Source: Camelus ferus
Taxonomy: Eukaryota
Reading direction: 5' to 3'
NCBI RefSeq assembly: GCF_009834535.1
Contig: NC_045697.1
Location: forward strand, 115,818,001 to 115,882,000
Length of the DNA stretch: 64,000 nucleotides
The notes beneath the pieces were generated by a model. That model was not told the DNA's origin. It saw only the letters and a list, made by a program, of their open reading frames with translations, and did no database searches. The position numbers and the translations under genes are program-made. The stretch's first letter is position 1; each line of letters opens with the position of its first letter. Below are positions 1-12,189 of this stretch, in pieces.

Positions 1-42
1 TTACATTAGTTTGTTTATCAGCCCCTGAGAGGGGAAAAGAAA

Positions 43-78
43 ATATATATATATATGTATATATACACATATACATAT
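43..78. repeat. (TA)n microsatellite
   Basis: Alternating TA/TG/CA run read directly. Confidence 0.85.
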
Positions 79-1254
79 AAGGGATGTATGGGACCATGAG
101 AATACTTTTTCAACAGCTGGATTATGAAAATCTCTTAAATTCCAGGATTTATGGCAACTACCCTATGGATACCATCAAGTCTCACAGCTTATTTATTGAG
201 ATTATAAAACATGGGCCTTAAATGGTATAAGCAAGTCTCCTGAATAAAACAAATGTCAAAACCCTCTCCTACTCCTTTTGTTACTAGGGTCTTCATAGTA
301 ATAGAAGAGGGAAGAGTTGGGCAGAGAGGGGAATCAGGTGATATTCATAATGATTTGAATTCATAAAAATAACCTGTTCAAGTTTCTTCTCTGAGAGACG
401 TGTGGGCTGAAACAGTGCCTGTCTTCCACGGTGTGGGGGGAAACTGTGGATCATAAAATTCTCTTGGTTTGTGTGGGCCCAACACGTTCAGGTCTTTGGG
501 TTGTGCGTCGGAGCTTCAAGAGTCATGGCTACTGAGGAAATAAAGCATGGTAATGGGCAACACTGTGTGTAAAATTTGGCAGAATATCATGTTTCACAAA
601 ATATACTCATATCTCTTTATTTTGACCTGAAGTCAAGAAAAAAATATCTTATGAAAGCATATAACATAAATCAATCTTAAGTACCAGGTGGCTTTTGTGC
701 ATTTTTAGAAATAAATGAGATAATTAGTGCCTAGCTAAACAAATCCAGAATTAGAAATTGGCCTGAGGTTTAGCTGGAAGTTTTGACTCCAGGTTAAAGT
801 GTACTTTCCATTCAAACCCAAGAATTATTTTTAAAGGAGAGAGAGGTGTTACTTTATCGTAATCTATACATTCTTGATATGAAGCAATGGGCCCCCTATG
901 ATTAGATTTTTATCAAATATGTTCTGTAGAACCAGCTTGACTTTATAATTTAATGTCTCTATTTTATTTGGATTGGTCACAATTATGTCCGAGCAAAAGA
1001 GCATTCCATTTTGAGTCACTGAGTTTCTAGAGGCTTCAATGATTTAGTAGGACTGTTAATAGATTTAATATTTTTAATACTCAAGACAACAAGTCTATGC
1101 AACAGAGTTTAGAAATGATCTCAATCAATCATGTTTAGTGACTGAGGAGAGTACATATATTTTTACTTAAACATGTGTCCCCACAGACAATCTTTGTTCG
1201 TACACCCTAAGAGATCCTCTTGCCCCTGAGGATGGCTAATAGAAATCCTTTGTG

Positions 1255-1930
1255 AATATCCTTTAAACACCTCAAATTCTGCATATCCAAAATAAACCAC
1301 TTTCTACCACAACTCGCTTCACATCTCTTTTTGTCAACTCAGATCTACTAGTATCTTTCAAGCACAGAAGCCCCCTTCTCCCCATGATTCCACACTATTG
1401 AAGTCACAGATCTCTGTACACTTTCTTTCTTCCTTCTCCCATATATTCCTTTCTTTGTTTCCACCTCTATAGTATTCAGCTGGTGTCTCCTCATTTCTTA
1501 CATATGTCCCTGCAGTAACTGTTTCCAGATTTCCCCAATTCTGATTACCCACCATTCTCAATCTAGCCCCGACTCTAAATGACAAACATCACACTGTCTT
1601 GTTACATCTTGAAAATCTTTCAAGAGCACTCCCTGACTTGCCCTTGCCTTGAAGTTCTTTGTGATCTTCAGTCCGTAAGTACATGTATGATGCTACTTTC
1701 CACCACTCACTTCCCCCTCCTCTCCATCCTTGGAAATTCCTTGCCAACTCTACTCCATAATTCTAGTCCTTGTCTGTCCACATGTTCCAGCTACCTCAAA
1801 CTATCGTTCCTACCTTTTCATCTAACTTCCTTCAGCTCCTACTGGTCTATCAGAACTCCCCTGAAACATCACCTCCTCCATGGAGACTTCCTTATTCATT
1901 CTTATTTAGAGACACCTTCCATCATGCTTC
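1255..1930 (+). mobile_element. L2 LINE 3' remnant, heavily diverged
   Basis: C/T-rich tract starting ACACCTCAAATTCTGCATATCCAAAATAAAC, similar to the L2 motif CCTCAAACTCAACATGTCCAAAACTGAAC, with later L2-like blocks. Confidence 0.6.
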
Positions 1931-2124
1931 CCACAACACCCTCTAGACCCGTAGCCACACGTAATGGTGTCTTTAAATGAACGGATGCTCTAAGAGCGAA
2001 ACACTGCACATACAGCTTTCTTCAGCATAAAAATGAAATAGCAGCATTTTAAAACTATCGCTTTTGTTACCACAAGGATGTCAAAGCTGAAATAGAATAA
2101 ATACATCAAGGATAGCAAAACAAC

Positions 2125-2268
2125 CATGACCAGGAACGTGTGCTATTTCTCAGGCACTGGGCTAAGGGCTTCATTTACATGGATTATTTAATTCTCACGA
2201 TACTCCATTGAGTTTTACTGTCACTATCCCTGCTTTATAGATGAGCAAATGAAGACAGAGAGGTAAAT
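2125..2268 (-). mobile_element. MIR SINE fragment
   Basis: CAGGCACTGGGCTAAGGGCTTCA...TTTATAGATGAGCAAATGAAGACAGAGAGGT is the reverse complement of the MIR core. Confidence 0.75.
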
Positions 2269-3707
2269 CTGATAATCGACCCAGAAATGCAATGCCGTTA
2301 GCCATTTTTCCTGTGAAAGAGTTGTCAGCATTCCATTTGACACTTAAAAAGGACACGAGTCAATGTGTACAAGTCAACTACATCAACTTTCATAAGCCAA
2401 AGTCAGATTTGTTATATTTTAGAAGTTTTATTCAGTCCTGAAGGCCGGTAGACACTTTTCTTTGGTGTTCAAGTTCCAACTGTTTTGCACCAAGGAATCA
2501 ACACATTAGTTTAAGAAATATACACACCACATTACTGAATTCAAACCATTTTTATCATCAGTGATTTGCAACTGCATAAGGGGAACTGGGCTTTTGAAAA
2601 CGTAAACAGTACTTCAGTGACTTGTGTGTTTAAATATTTTTACAAAATATTGAAAGTAAGTGATGAGTTATGGCATATAGGTCCCTATCATGATCTGGAA
2701 AAGCTCTTGGTTAAATAAAAGTGCATGTGTTTGGCTTTTTCCAGGTGTGAAATTTAATCTGGAGTTATCTAAGATTCTAAAAACTAAGTTGACCTCTAGA
2801 GATACATTTCTGGTATCTTACTTACACACACACACACAAATCCTTAAATTTTCTAACCCTAAACATCACAGCAGAAGGTCTCAGCAGGGTGCTTCATGCC
2901 ACGGACCACGTATTTGACCTTTGGGCCTCTAGAAGAACAAGATGTATGCGGTCTAAGAACTTGCTTCACCTGTACACTTTTATCATCAAAACTATGGATG
3001 AACCCCACCAGAAACTTTGAGTCAACCTGCTGTTCAGTGAAAATGAATTATGAATGAGTTTGTCAGTAGTTGAGAACAAAACATAAATCTTGGAACGTAA
3101 GTCAACCAGTTATGTTGTTGTCTAATTCTCGATTAATATTTTTAAAAGGGCATTTGACTACAATGTTATATTTGCTGCTCTATTCAATCATCTGTATTTT
3201 ATTGAGACAAATACATTTTTTAGTTTATCTTTATCGTCGTCTCTTCCCTTCTTACACGTTTCGTCAGGAGACCAAAATCCTCCTCGGTTTCATTCAGTTC
3301 AGCTGAAGCCCTTCCATCTGTTGTGGCTTTAAAATACTTCAAGTGTTTTCCATTCAAGGTCAAGACACAGTAGAATGATATACCTCAGCCATTCAATTTT
3401 TAAAAAGAGAGAGAAAGAAAGAAACGGCATATCACGTTTCTATTGTCAGGTGCTTTCAGTGTGATGAAAACATATTGCACACTGGTGAGCTTCAAAAGGT
3501 CACCTAATAGAAGGCTTTCTTCTTCCCTTTTTCCCATTTCACATGCCACTGCAAGCTCATAGCATTAAGCTTCCGGGCAGGGCACTTGATCCATGGACTC
3601 CTGCATTTCCTCTCTCCTTATCATTCATTCCTTTATTCAGAAAACTCCAAACCAGAGTCAGATAATCAGCAAATGAGTTCAGTAGGGAGAAGCAAAGCTA
3701 CCATTTC

Positions 3708-3909
3708 TATTTTTATTTTTTACTGAAGTCTACTCAGTTTACAGTGTTGTGTTAGTTTCTGGTGTACAGCATCGTGTTTCAGTTATACATATATACACAT
3801 ATATTCTTTTTCAGATTCCTTTCCATTATAGGTTATTCATTTCTTGTCCTATACAGTAGGACCTTGTTGTTTATCTATTTTATATATAGGAGTTTAGTAT
3901 CTGCAAATC
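3708..3909 (-). mobile_element. L1 3' end, 5'-truncated
   Basis: T-rich start, then TTTCTGGTGTACAGCA...TTCCATTATAGGTTATT...TTGTTTATCTATTTTATATATAG; same family as the copies at 26.1, 36.0 and 57.9 kb. Confidence 0.85.
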
Positions 3910-4248
3910 ACTTTATGCAAACCATGCTTATGTGTCTGAGTTTTAACAAGAGCTTCAGCTCCACAAAAAATCAGCTTAACTTCATCATTATATTTTTTCC
4001 TCTCTCCATGCTCTCAGGTCCCAGCTTAGTGAAAGACAAGAAATAACAAAGCATTTCATGGGAGAGTTAGTTCCCATTTTTGCTTTGCATCTGAAAGCTT
4101 ATTCAAGAAGGTTGGATAAGCATTTGAGGCTGGAGGTGGACAGAATGGCTCACATCACACTCTTGAAGTGTTCCGATGCTAAACCACCCTCAAACATCCT
4201 TTGATCTGACGTGGCTCAGAAGTCCTTGTTCCCTCTTTCTACACGCAG

Positions 4249-4330
4249 TCACATTTTATCCCGGGCGCTCTGTGAACTGCTCATCCGGCTCTTCTCAATA
4301 CCTCCTGGAAATGAAAGGAAGCAATTGACT
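4249..4330 (-). other. Candidate splice acceptor and short terminal coding segment, unidentified
   Basis: Minus strand reads TTGCTTCCTTTCATTTCCAG|GAGGTATTGAG; the phase-1 frame gives GIEKSRMSSSQSARDKM*; no upstream exon or homologue recognised. Confidence 0.2.
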
Positions 4331-4904
4331 TTTCCACAAGTCGGGCTGCCATCTGTTAAGGGCAGATCTCCAAATCTGCTTCAGAAGTCAGCTTCCTGCT
4401 TCTTGCGTTCTTCCCCGAGCTTAACTGGAGGCATTAACCCCACTGTGGGGCTTCATAGCTTCCACCTGATAGGCTGCCGGGACAGAACAGAAGGAGAACA
4501 AGAAAGCGAACAACTGCTTTCCCACGCAGCAGGGAAGTGGATGGAGTCCAAGTGTGAGAAAACTTCCCCGGTCGGCTGGACCATTCAGATCCAGCTAGAA
4601 TACTTTATAATCATCATAAGAACAATTACCATTGTCATATTCCAAACCATGCATGACAGCACTATCCTTTTGCTATAAATTCTCTGTTGGCCACACTGTA
4701 ACTAGGAAACCATCTCCTCTAAATTTTCTCCCTCACTGCAGATGACCTCTGCAAAGAGAAGGAAACCTGCCCTGGACAGCCCTGCCTGGAAAGGCAACAG
4801 GACCCCCTCGGGGCAGGAGGTACTGTCATCTGACATCCAAGTGCCCCCTGAGGTGGCTTTAGCTCTGGTTCTACACTATGAAATCTTCCAATTACTCTAT
4901 TCGG

Positions 4905-5012
4905 CTTGCTTACTTGCTTTCATTCTTTCTTTCTTCCTTTCTTTCTTTCTTTTTTCCTTCCTTTCTTTCTTTCTTCCTTCCTTTCTTTCTTTCTTCCTTC
5001 CTTTCTTCATTT
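4905..5012. repeat. (CTTT/CCTT)n microsatellite
   Basis: Read directly. Confidence 0.9.
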
Positions 5013-5734
5013 TCTGAAACACTAAGAGGGTGGGGGAGCAACTGAGATTTCAAAGGGCATAAATATTTCATCTCAGTAAGACAAGTCACAATTCATTTGC
5101 CTCATTTCACTCATTATAGCTATGAATGTCAGTGCACCTCATTTTTTAATTTTTGAAACAAAGAATTCAACCTGTAAAATGCCTGAAGCATGGCGATGAC
5201 CTCCATGTGCATAAAAAGAGGTTTAATACCACACAGCAGCAGTTCTGTGAGTACCATATACTTTTTACTTTTTCAACAAAACTCATTAACGTGGCCCAAG
5301 AGAAGGCATGCTGAATTAGTAAAATATTTAATAGTAGCAGACTGTTTCTAAAGAAATGCCTGTTCCGTGACTTCCAAGGAGTAACGTGACTAGAACTAAA
5401 CTAATAGAAGGTTGCCTAATGAAATTTCTGGCTTTATTGAACAGATATGATTTCCCATCAGCATATCAGTTGTCTAGAATGTAAGTATTTACTCTAATGC
5501 ACTTAAGGAAGCTTACAAAGTTTATTGACATCACATAGTCAACAAATACACAGAGACAGCATAAAGAAGAACTCCAGGATGGCCTCCTTCCAATAATTAA
5601 AAAAATCTGACAGAGTCAGTGTCAACAAACCTCAGCCCACGTTTTTTGGAAGGGACTGAGCTAAGACTGGAGATGCAAAGAGTCATATGAGATAAACCTC
5701 TCCAGTGTAACCCAAGATTTCTACAAGGACACAT

Positions 5735-6480
5735 CGCATGAGTCAGCATTCTCCAGAGAAACAGAACTAATGTGATATAGAGAAAAACAAATTAATATAC
5801 ATACAGAAAGATTTATTATATGTTAATTATTGTATACTAAGTATACAAATAACATACTATGTATGATTAGTATATAATTATACATTGTGTCATAATAAAT
5901 ATTAAACATTTATTAATAACATGTAATTATGCATATATATATATATAAAAAAATAGATTTCTTATAAGAAGTTGGTTTACATGATTTGAAGGCTGAGGAG
6001 TTCCACCACGTATAGTCAGCCAAGTGGAAACCCCAGAGAGCCAAGGGTATAGTTCCAGACGGAGACCAAGGGCATGAGAAACAAGAGAACCAATAATGCA
6101 GTTTCAGTCCAAGACCAAAGGTCTCAAAACTAGGAAAGCCAGTGATGTAAGTTCTAGTCTGAGTCCAAAGACCCAAGAACAAGGAGAGCTGATTGTATAA
6201 GTCCTAGTCCAAGGGCAGGAGAAGACCTATATTCCAGCTCAAGCAGTCAGACAGAGATCAAATGAATTCTCTCTTCCCTAGCCTTTTTGTTCAACTTAAG
6301 CCCTCAACTGATTGAATGATGCCCACCCATTTTGGAGAAGTCCATCTGCTTTACTCACTCTACACATTCAAATACTAATCTCATGCAGAGACACCCTCAA
6401 AAACACACTCAGAAATGCTTAACCAAATATCTAGGCTCCTCATGGCCCAGTCAAGTTGACACACAAAATTAACCATCACA
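5735..6480 (-). mobile_element. MLT2-type LTR, the 3' LTR of an ERV-L provirus
   Basis: Minus strand begins TGTGATGGTTAATTTTGTGTGTCAACTTGACTGGG, preceded by the PPT-like GGGGTGGACT (6481-6490); ends at TCTCTGGAGAATGCTGACT; internal AT-rich expansion. Confidence 0.9.
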
Positions 6481-7049
6481 AGTCCACCCCCTGTCAACCT
6501 GACACCCATATACATAACATTAAACCATACTTAATTTCCAAATAAAAACAATAACAAGGTCATAATTCCATCTAACATGATACAACTAAAAACATACTAA
6601 CCCCTTCCCCAGGAGAGAAAGTAAAATTCTTAAGCATTATTTAATCTTCCCATCAATATCTCATAACTTAAATACCATGATGTAAAATTAACAATATTTA
6701 AACACCATGGTATGATATCAATATATCTCATGTTACACAATAAGATGACAAGGGAGGAAAGAAAATAAAAATACTACATACATTTGTGTGATATATGTAC
6801 ATATATATATATAAAAAATATATAAAATACATGTAGTGGGACTACATTCTTCCATTACTCAATCCATGTTCCCTCGGCCTTTAGCAAACGTCTCAGGTGG
6901 TCATGGTTCTATAACTGGTGAGCTGACCTAAACCTTTATTCCTGAAGGGTGGAGACCAATAGTAGTGCTTCCTGGTTTGGGTTGTAGTTTTCTCTGGACC
7001 TCAGTCACAGGGCGTGGTGATACTAAGCAATGCCCTAAGGGATCTGCTG

Positions 7050-7275
7050 TATTCTTCCTTATTTCCACTATGGAGTAGTCATCCAATTTCCCCTCCATAG
7101 TCAAGAGCAATCTCCCCAGACAACACAGCGTCTCCCTTCTTTGCTTGTTGGTTCAGAGGAATCACAAGCCCAGAGTGGCCAGGTAGTAGTCTCACCTTCT
7201 TGTTCAGTGGAATCATTGTGGTGTCTCCTGGTGCATGCACTTCTCCCTCTGGAACTAAGATCTCTAGGCCAGCAT
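7050..7275 (-). pseudogene. ERV-L dUTPase remnant
   Basis: Hand translation LEILVPEGEVHAPGDTTMIPLNKKVRLLPGHSGLVIPLNQQAKKGDAVLSGEIALDYGGEIG*LLHSG; lies downstream of integrase as in ERV-L; one in-frame stop. Confidence 0.8.
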
Positions 7276-7339
7276 CCAGTAGAGCATAAAGTTGAGGGAA
7301 CAGAAAGCTAACATTTTGCTAATGGTTTACTCAGGTTAA

Positions 7340-8030
7340 TAGTGAGTGGCACCACTCCAATTTCTACTCCTTGATTCTTGGACCCCAGGAATCTTAGGTA
7401 CAAAAGAACAAACACCACATATTGGATTCTGATTCAGAACACACACTGCCTTCTGGAATGGTTTACCCAAAACTACAAGGTATTGCCACCCAGCTGGCAC
7501 TGTAACTGAGTCTTCAAAAGGCCACTCCAGCATTCTCTCAGGTTGGCTGCTTCAGGATGGTGGGGAACATGGCAAGACCAGTGGATTCCATGAACAGAAG
7601 GCCCATTGCTGCATTTCATTTGCTGTGAAGTGAGTTTCATGATTGGAAGCAACACTGTGTGGAATACCGCAATGATGGATAGGACATTCTGTAAGACCAC
7701 CGATGGTAATTTGGCAGAAGCATTGAGTTTAGGGAAGGCAAATCTATATCCAGAGTGTCTATTCCAGTAAGAACAAAACACTGGCCCTTCCACCGTTGAA
7801 GGGTCTAATGTAATCAGTCTACCACAAAGTAGCTGGCTGATCACCCTATGGAATGGTGCCATATTGGGGATTCAGGGTTGGTCTCCACTGCTGGTAGATT
7901 GGACATTTAGCAGTGGCCATAGCCAGGTTGATCTTTGTGAGTGGAAGTCTATAGTGTTGAGCTCAAAAATAAGTTCCATCCTTGCCACCATGATCACTTT
8001 GTTCGTGAGACCACTGGGTAATGACCAGGA
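7340..8030 (-). pseudogene. ERV-L integrase remnant, frameshifted
   Basis: HGIHWSCHVPHHPEAANLRECWSGLLKTQLQCQLGGNTL and QKAVCVLNQNPICG resemble ERV-L integrase HGIHWSYHVPHHPEAAGLIERWNGLLK...QKAVYALNQRPIYG. Confidence 0.85.
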
Positions 8031-8035
8031 TGAAC

Positions 8036-8496
8036 ACCAACATGGGATGAAGCTTGAAGGCATTATGCTAAGTGAAATGAGTCAGACAGTGAAAGAGAAA
8101 TACCATATAATCCCACTTCTAGGTGAAATCTAAAAACTGAACTCGCACAAACAGAGAACAAATTTGCGGTTGCCGGGGGGGGGGTAGGAAAGAGGTAAAG
8201 GGGGTCAAAGGGTACAACTTCCAATTATAGGATGACTAAGTTCTGGGGATGTAATATAGACCATGGTGACTGTGACTACTATCTTGCATATTTGAAAATC
8301 ACTGAGCGAGTAGATTTTGTTTTCAACACCAACAACAACAAAAAAGTAGATCTATGGAGATGATGGATTAACTTATCGTGGTAACAGTTTTGCAATATAC
8401 ACACATATCAAATCAATGCATGTACACCTTAAACTTACAAGTGTTATATGTCAGTTATGTCTCAATAAAGCTAAGGAAGAAAAAGAAAGAAAGAAA
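8036..8496 (+). mobile_element. L1 3' end (L1MA/MB-like)
   Basis: GGCATTATGCTAAGTGAAATGAGTCAGACAG...TGTACACCTTAAACTTAC...CTCAATAAAGCT plus A-rich tail; abuts and truncates the ERV-L. Confidence 0.85.
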
Positions 8497-8671
8497 TTAC
8501 CTAGATGCCCAAAAACAGGGAATTAGCCAAGTAAACTATTATACAACCATACAGTGTTAAAAACATAATTCAGCCATTTAAAAATAATGTTATATAAAAA
8601 CATTTAGTGGAATACATGTTTATAAGTGTTGTTGCATAAAATAAGGCATAATATAAAAACTACATGTATAG

Positions 8672-8874
8672 GGGGAAGGCATGGTTCAGTGGTAGAGTGT
8701 GTGCCTACCATGCGTGAGGTCCTAGGTTCAATCCCCGGTACCTCCATTAAAAATTAAATAAATCATAAGCTTAATTACTCCCCCGAAATATATAATGAAG
8801 TTAAAAAAACACACACACAGTTAACTCCAATAGATGCTTAGCGGTACAAAGAAAGTCTACTTGGAGAGTGAGTG
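8672..8874 (+). mobile_element. tRNA-derived SINE (camelid-type) with extra 3' sequence
   Basis: A box TGGTTCAGTGGTAGA, B box GGTTCAATCCC, A-rich tail; 16-bp TSD AAAACTACATGTATAG at 8656-8671 and 8875-8890. Confidence 0.9.
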
Positions 8875-10184
8875 AAAACTACATGTATAGAATTACCATT
8901 TTCACGTCAATGTTTTTCATATTTACATTTGTACCAATATAAAATATTTCAATATATTACTCTACTACATAAAATTACCTGAAATAACAGTGGTTAACTG
9001 TGAAAAGTAAATTTAAGATTATAGCTAGCAAATAATGGATCCTAAGTTCAAATTCATAGCTATCCAATTTAAAAACCCATAATTTATATGGAATGCTATT
9101 ATTTTAAGCATGAGAGCATACACTAGCAAGATTCTACTCCAGAGTCATGTTTAGTAACGGAAAGGGTTATCAGCAGAATTAGACCAAAGGCAGAAAAAGG
9201 CAACAAGCATTTCATGCCAATGTTCACTCAAGACACTTGTTGAAAATATCTAATGGTTTTTCAAAGTCCATCATTCCGCTCTCATAAGAACCAAGTTGTC
9301 CTCATTTATTGGACTGTTATTTATGGTGATCAAGTTATTTTTAATGTTAAATTCATCATTAAATAGATATATTTTCATTTATAAAGGCTAGAATAATTAC
9401 TCATTTGCTCTCCAGCGCACTGTTCAGTTCTTTTGAAAAAGATTTACCATGTTGGAGTTCATTAGAAGAATAGTTTGAAAAGATTTCATGGTGTGGAAAA
9501 TAATTTCCGCCAATGAATTTGGGTCAGTAATTTCTCTTGAAATTAGATAAACCAGCATGACAATCAAGAATCAAACTGAGACCAGCTTGTTCAAATTCAG
9601 TTTTTCCAAAGCAAAATATGGTATCGTACCAATCTCTGTTCCATCTGTATTATATATTCGAATGTAAAATCACCTGTTGCATCAAATTCATCTTGAACGT
9701 GAAGACTACTTATTTGTGTAGTTGAAATGTGATGAACTAGCTTTTGCTATATGAGTATAAAGTTACTCAACCTTGAACTGTTACCAGCAAACAGAGTTTT
9801 CCTAGGCTGCATCATTTGCCTGACTCCTACCCATGGTCTTGTATTATCAGATGAAATATCACAGGAAACATATCATTTCAAGTTAAACAGGCAGGTGCTA
9901 TTACTATTCTTCCCCTAGCAAGAGAAACTTGACCTCCTATCCACAAGTTTCATATCCCAGAGTGAAACAGATTTATCATTTAATTTACAATTAGACGACT
10001 TTAATGCTCTCCCTTGGCAGAGAGGACAACAAACTCTTCCATCAGTTACCTTAAAATTAAGCCAAGAAAAGAGGTTTTAGAATGAGAAGAAGAAAAAAAA
10101 AAATAACTCTTCTCCATGTTTGGTTTGGAACTGATGATTTGGTACCCCCTTGAGGCTAGAGGGAAGAGAGAAGGAGATGGTGGC

Positions 10185-10380
10185 CATTCTTACATTTATA
10201 ACAGTCACCATGAGCAAGATATTCATGTACGTTATATTGTTAAGTGTTCTTAAAACCCATTAAGGTAGCAATATAATTCTTAACTTATAGACAAATAAAC
10301 TAAGGCTCAAGAGATTAAATAATTTGTTGAAACTCATTTAGTAAGTGTCAGGGCAAGGATTCCAATACTTGCCTGACCGC
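10185..10380 (-). mobile_element. MIR SINE fragment
   Basis: TTATAGACAAATAAACTAAGGCTCAAGAGATTAAATAATTTG is the reverse MIR core. Confidence 0.65.
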
Positions 10381-11150
10381 ATACCCATTCTATTTCTAAT
10401 ATTTCTTTATTCTGTCTCTTTAAATATATCTGCTTCTTGCCCTTTATCTTCCTTAGGTTCCCAAGATAAGAACTGCAAAGACCTCTTTCCTGGTAGCTGC
10501 ACAAAAGTAAGGAAAGCCTTAACTTAAAATCATCAAAAGCAAGAATCTAACTATTACACTATCTTAAACTTGAGGCAGGGAACTTCATACCACGTTAAGC
10601 AGTGTCATTCTTCAGTGATGAAATGAATTAATTCTCAAAAAGGGGTTAGGGTCTCAGATACTATTTTTAAGTCCAAAGAAAAACATACTGCAGCTTGATG
10701 AGAAATTCTGGATCTTCATTGGACATGACAAAGACTGATAAATTTTATAACAGATTGTGGAATTACAATAGATTCTAAGCCAAAAGAATATATATGAAAA
10801 TATATATGAAATATATATATATATATGAAAGCTGGGGTGAGATTTGTTTTATTTACTGCAAATTCCCAGAACCTAACATTTTAATAATAATTACTTGATA
10901 AATATTTCTTAAATGAAAGTTAAATATTGTCCCTAATGCTAAACCTATTTATAATTTTTAGAGATTTTGTTTTATACTGTTCTAAAGTAAATGATTTCTT
11001 TTGGAAGAAATCATTAATAACTAGAAAGAAGATTAGTTCAGGAATCTTTCAGGAGGACTATCATATCCAGTATTTGTAAGCAAGTTTAATTCAAATTAAC
11101 CACCCAACCCTCACAAAAAACAAGTAAAATTCTGGACAAAATATGGAGGG

Positions 11151-11947
11151 AAAACTACAATGAGGTATCACCTCACACCAGTCAGAATGGCCATCATTCA
11201 AAAGTCCACAAATGACAAATGCTGGAGAGGCTGTGGAGAAAGGGGAACCCTCCTACACTGCTGGTGGGAATGCAGTTTGGTGCAGCCACTGTGGAAAACA
11301 GTGTGGAGATTCCTCAAAAGACTAGGAATAGACTTACTGTATGACCCAGGAACCCCTACTTCAAAAAGACACCTGCACCCCAATGTTCATAGCAGCACTG
11401 TTTACAATAGCCAAGACATGGAAACAGCCTAAATATCCATCAACAGATGACTGGATAAAGCAGATGTGGTATATTTATACAGTGAAACACTATTCAGCCA
11501 TAAAAACCGACAACATAACGCCATTTGCAGCAACATGGATGCTCCTGGAGAATGTCATTCTAAGTGAAGTAAGCCAGAAAGAGAAAGAAAAATACCATAT
11601 GAGATCACTCGTGTGGAATCTAAAAAAATAAATAAATAAATAAATAAATACTAAATAAATACAAAACAGAAACAGACTCATAGACATAGAATACAAACTT
11701 GTGGTTGCTAAGGGGGAGGGGGTGGGAAGGGACAGACTGGGATTTCAAAATGTAGTAGAATAGATAAACAAGATTATACTGTATAGCACAGGGAAATATA
11801 TACAAGATCTTATGGTAGCGCACAGCAAAAAAAAAAATGTGACAATGAATATATGTATGTTCACGTATAATTGAAAAATTGTGCTCTACACTGGAATTTG
11901 ACACAACATTGTAAAATGACTATAACTCAATAAAAATCTTAAAAAAT
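11151..11947 (+). mobile_element. Young L1, 5'-truncated (ORF2 C-terminus plus 3'UTR)
   Basis: [38 protein letters not shown] (ORF2 Cys-rich region); AATAAA and A tail; TSD core ATATGGAGGG at 11141-11150 and 11948-11957. Confidence 0.95.
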
Positions 11948-12189
11948 ATATGGAGGGGAAAAAAGCATTAAAGAACTTAAAAAGGGAGTGAGGATTAACT
12001 GAGCCAAGATACAGATAAATAAGGAAATCTAGAGAAAGGGATTCTACCTTCTGGGAGACTTTTGTTCCAGAAGCAATTCCAATCCTAAAGAGTTGACCAA
12101 GAGACTGAAGAGTATTTTTAAATCCAAGTCACAGTAAGACTAAGAGAACCCTAATGAGGCAGAATTCACCTCAAATTTCCCTCTTTTCT

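Larger units (their letters stand above)
6481..8032 (-). mobile_element. ERV-L internal region (3' pol to PPT), truncated
   Basis: Contiguous with the MLT2 LTR; translations match ERV-L pol, dUTPase and the downstream region. Confidence 0.9.

Noticed and set aside
262..320. Hairpin TTTTGTTACTA/TAGTAATAGAA as a pre-miRNA
   Set aside because: Only about 12-15 bp pair, with G-U pairs, and it matches no miRNA I recognise.
3220..3385. Minus-strand open frame ...LNETEEDFGLLTKRVRREETTIKIN*
   Set aside because: No ATG, a weak acceptor and no recognisable homologue; the length is within chance expectation.
4211..4678. 155-aa plus-strand ORF
   Set aside because: GTG start and no domain or splice context.
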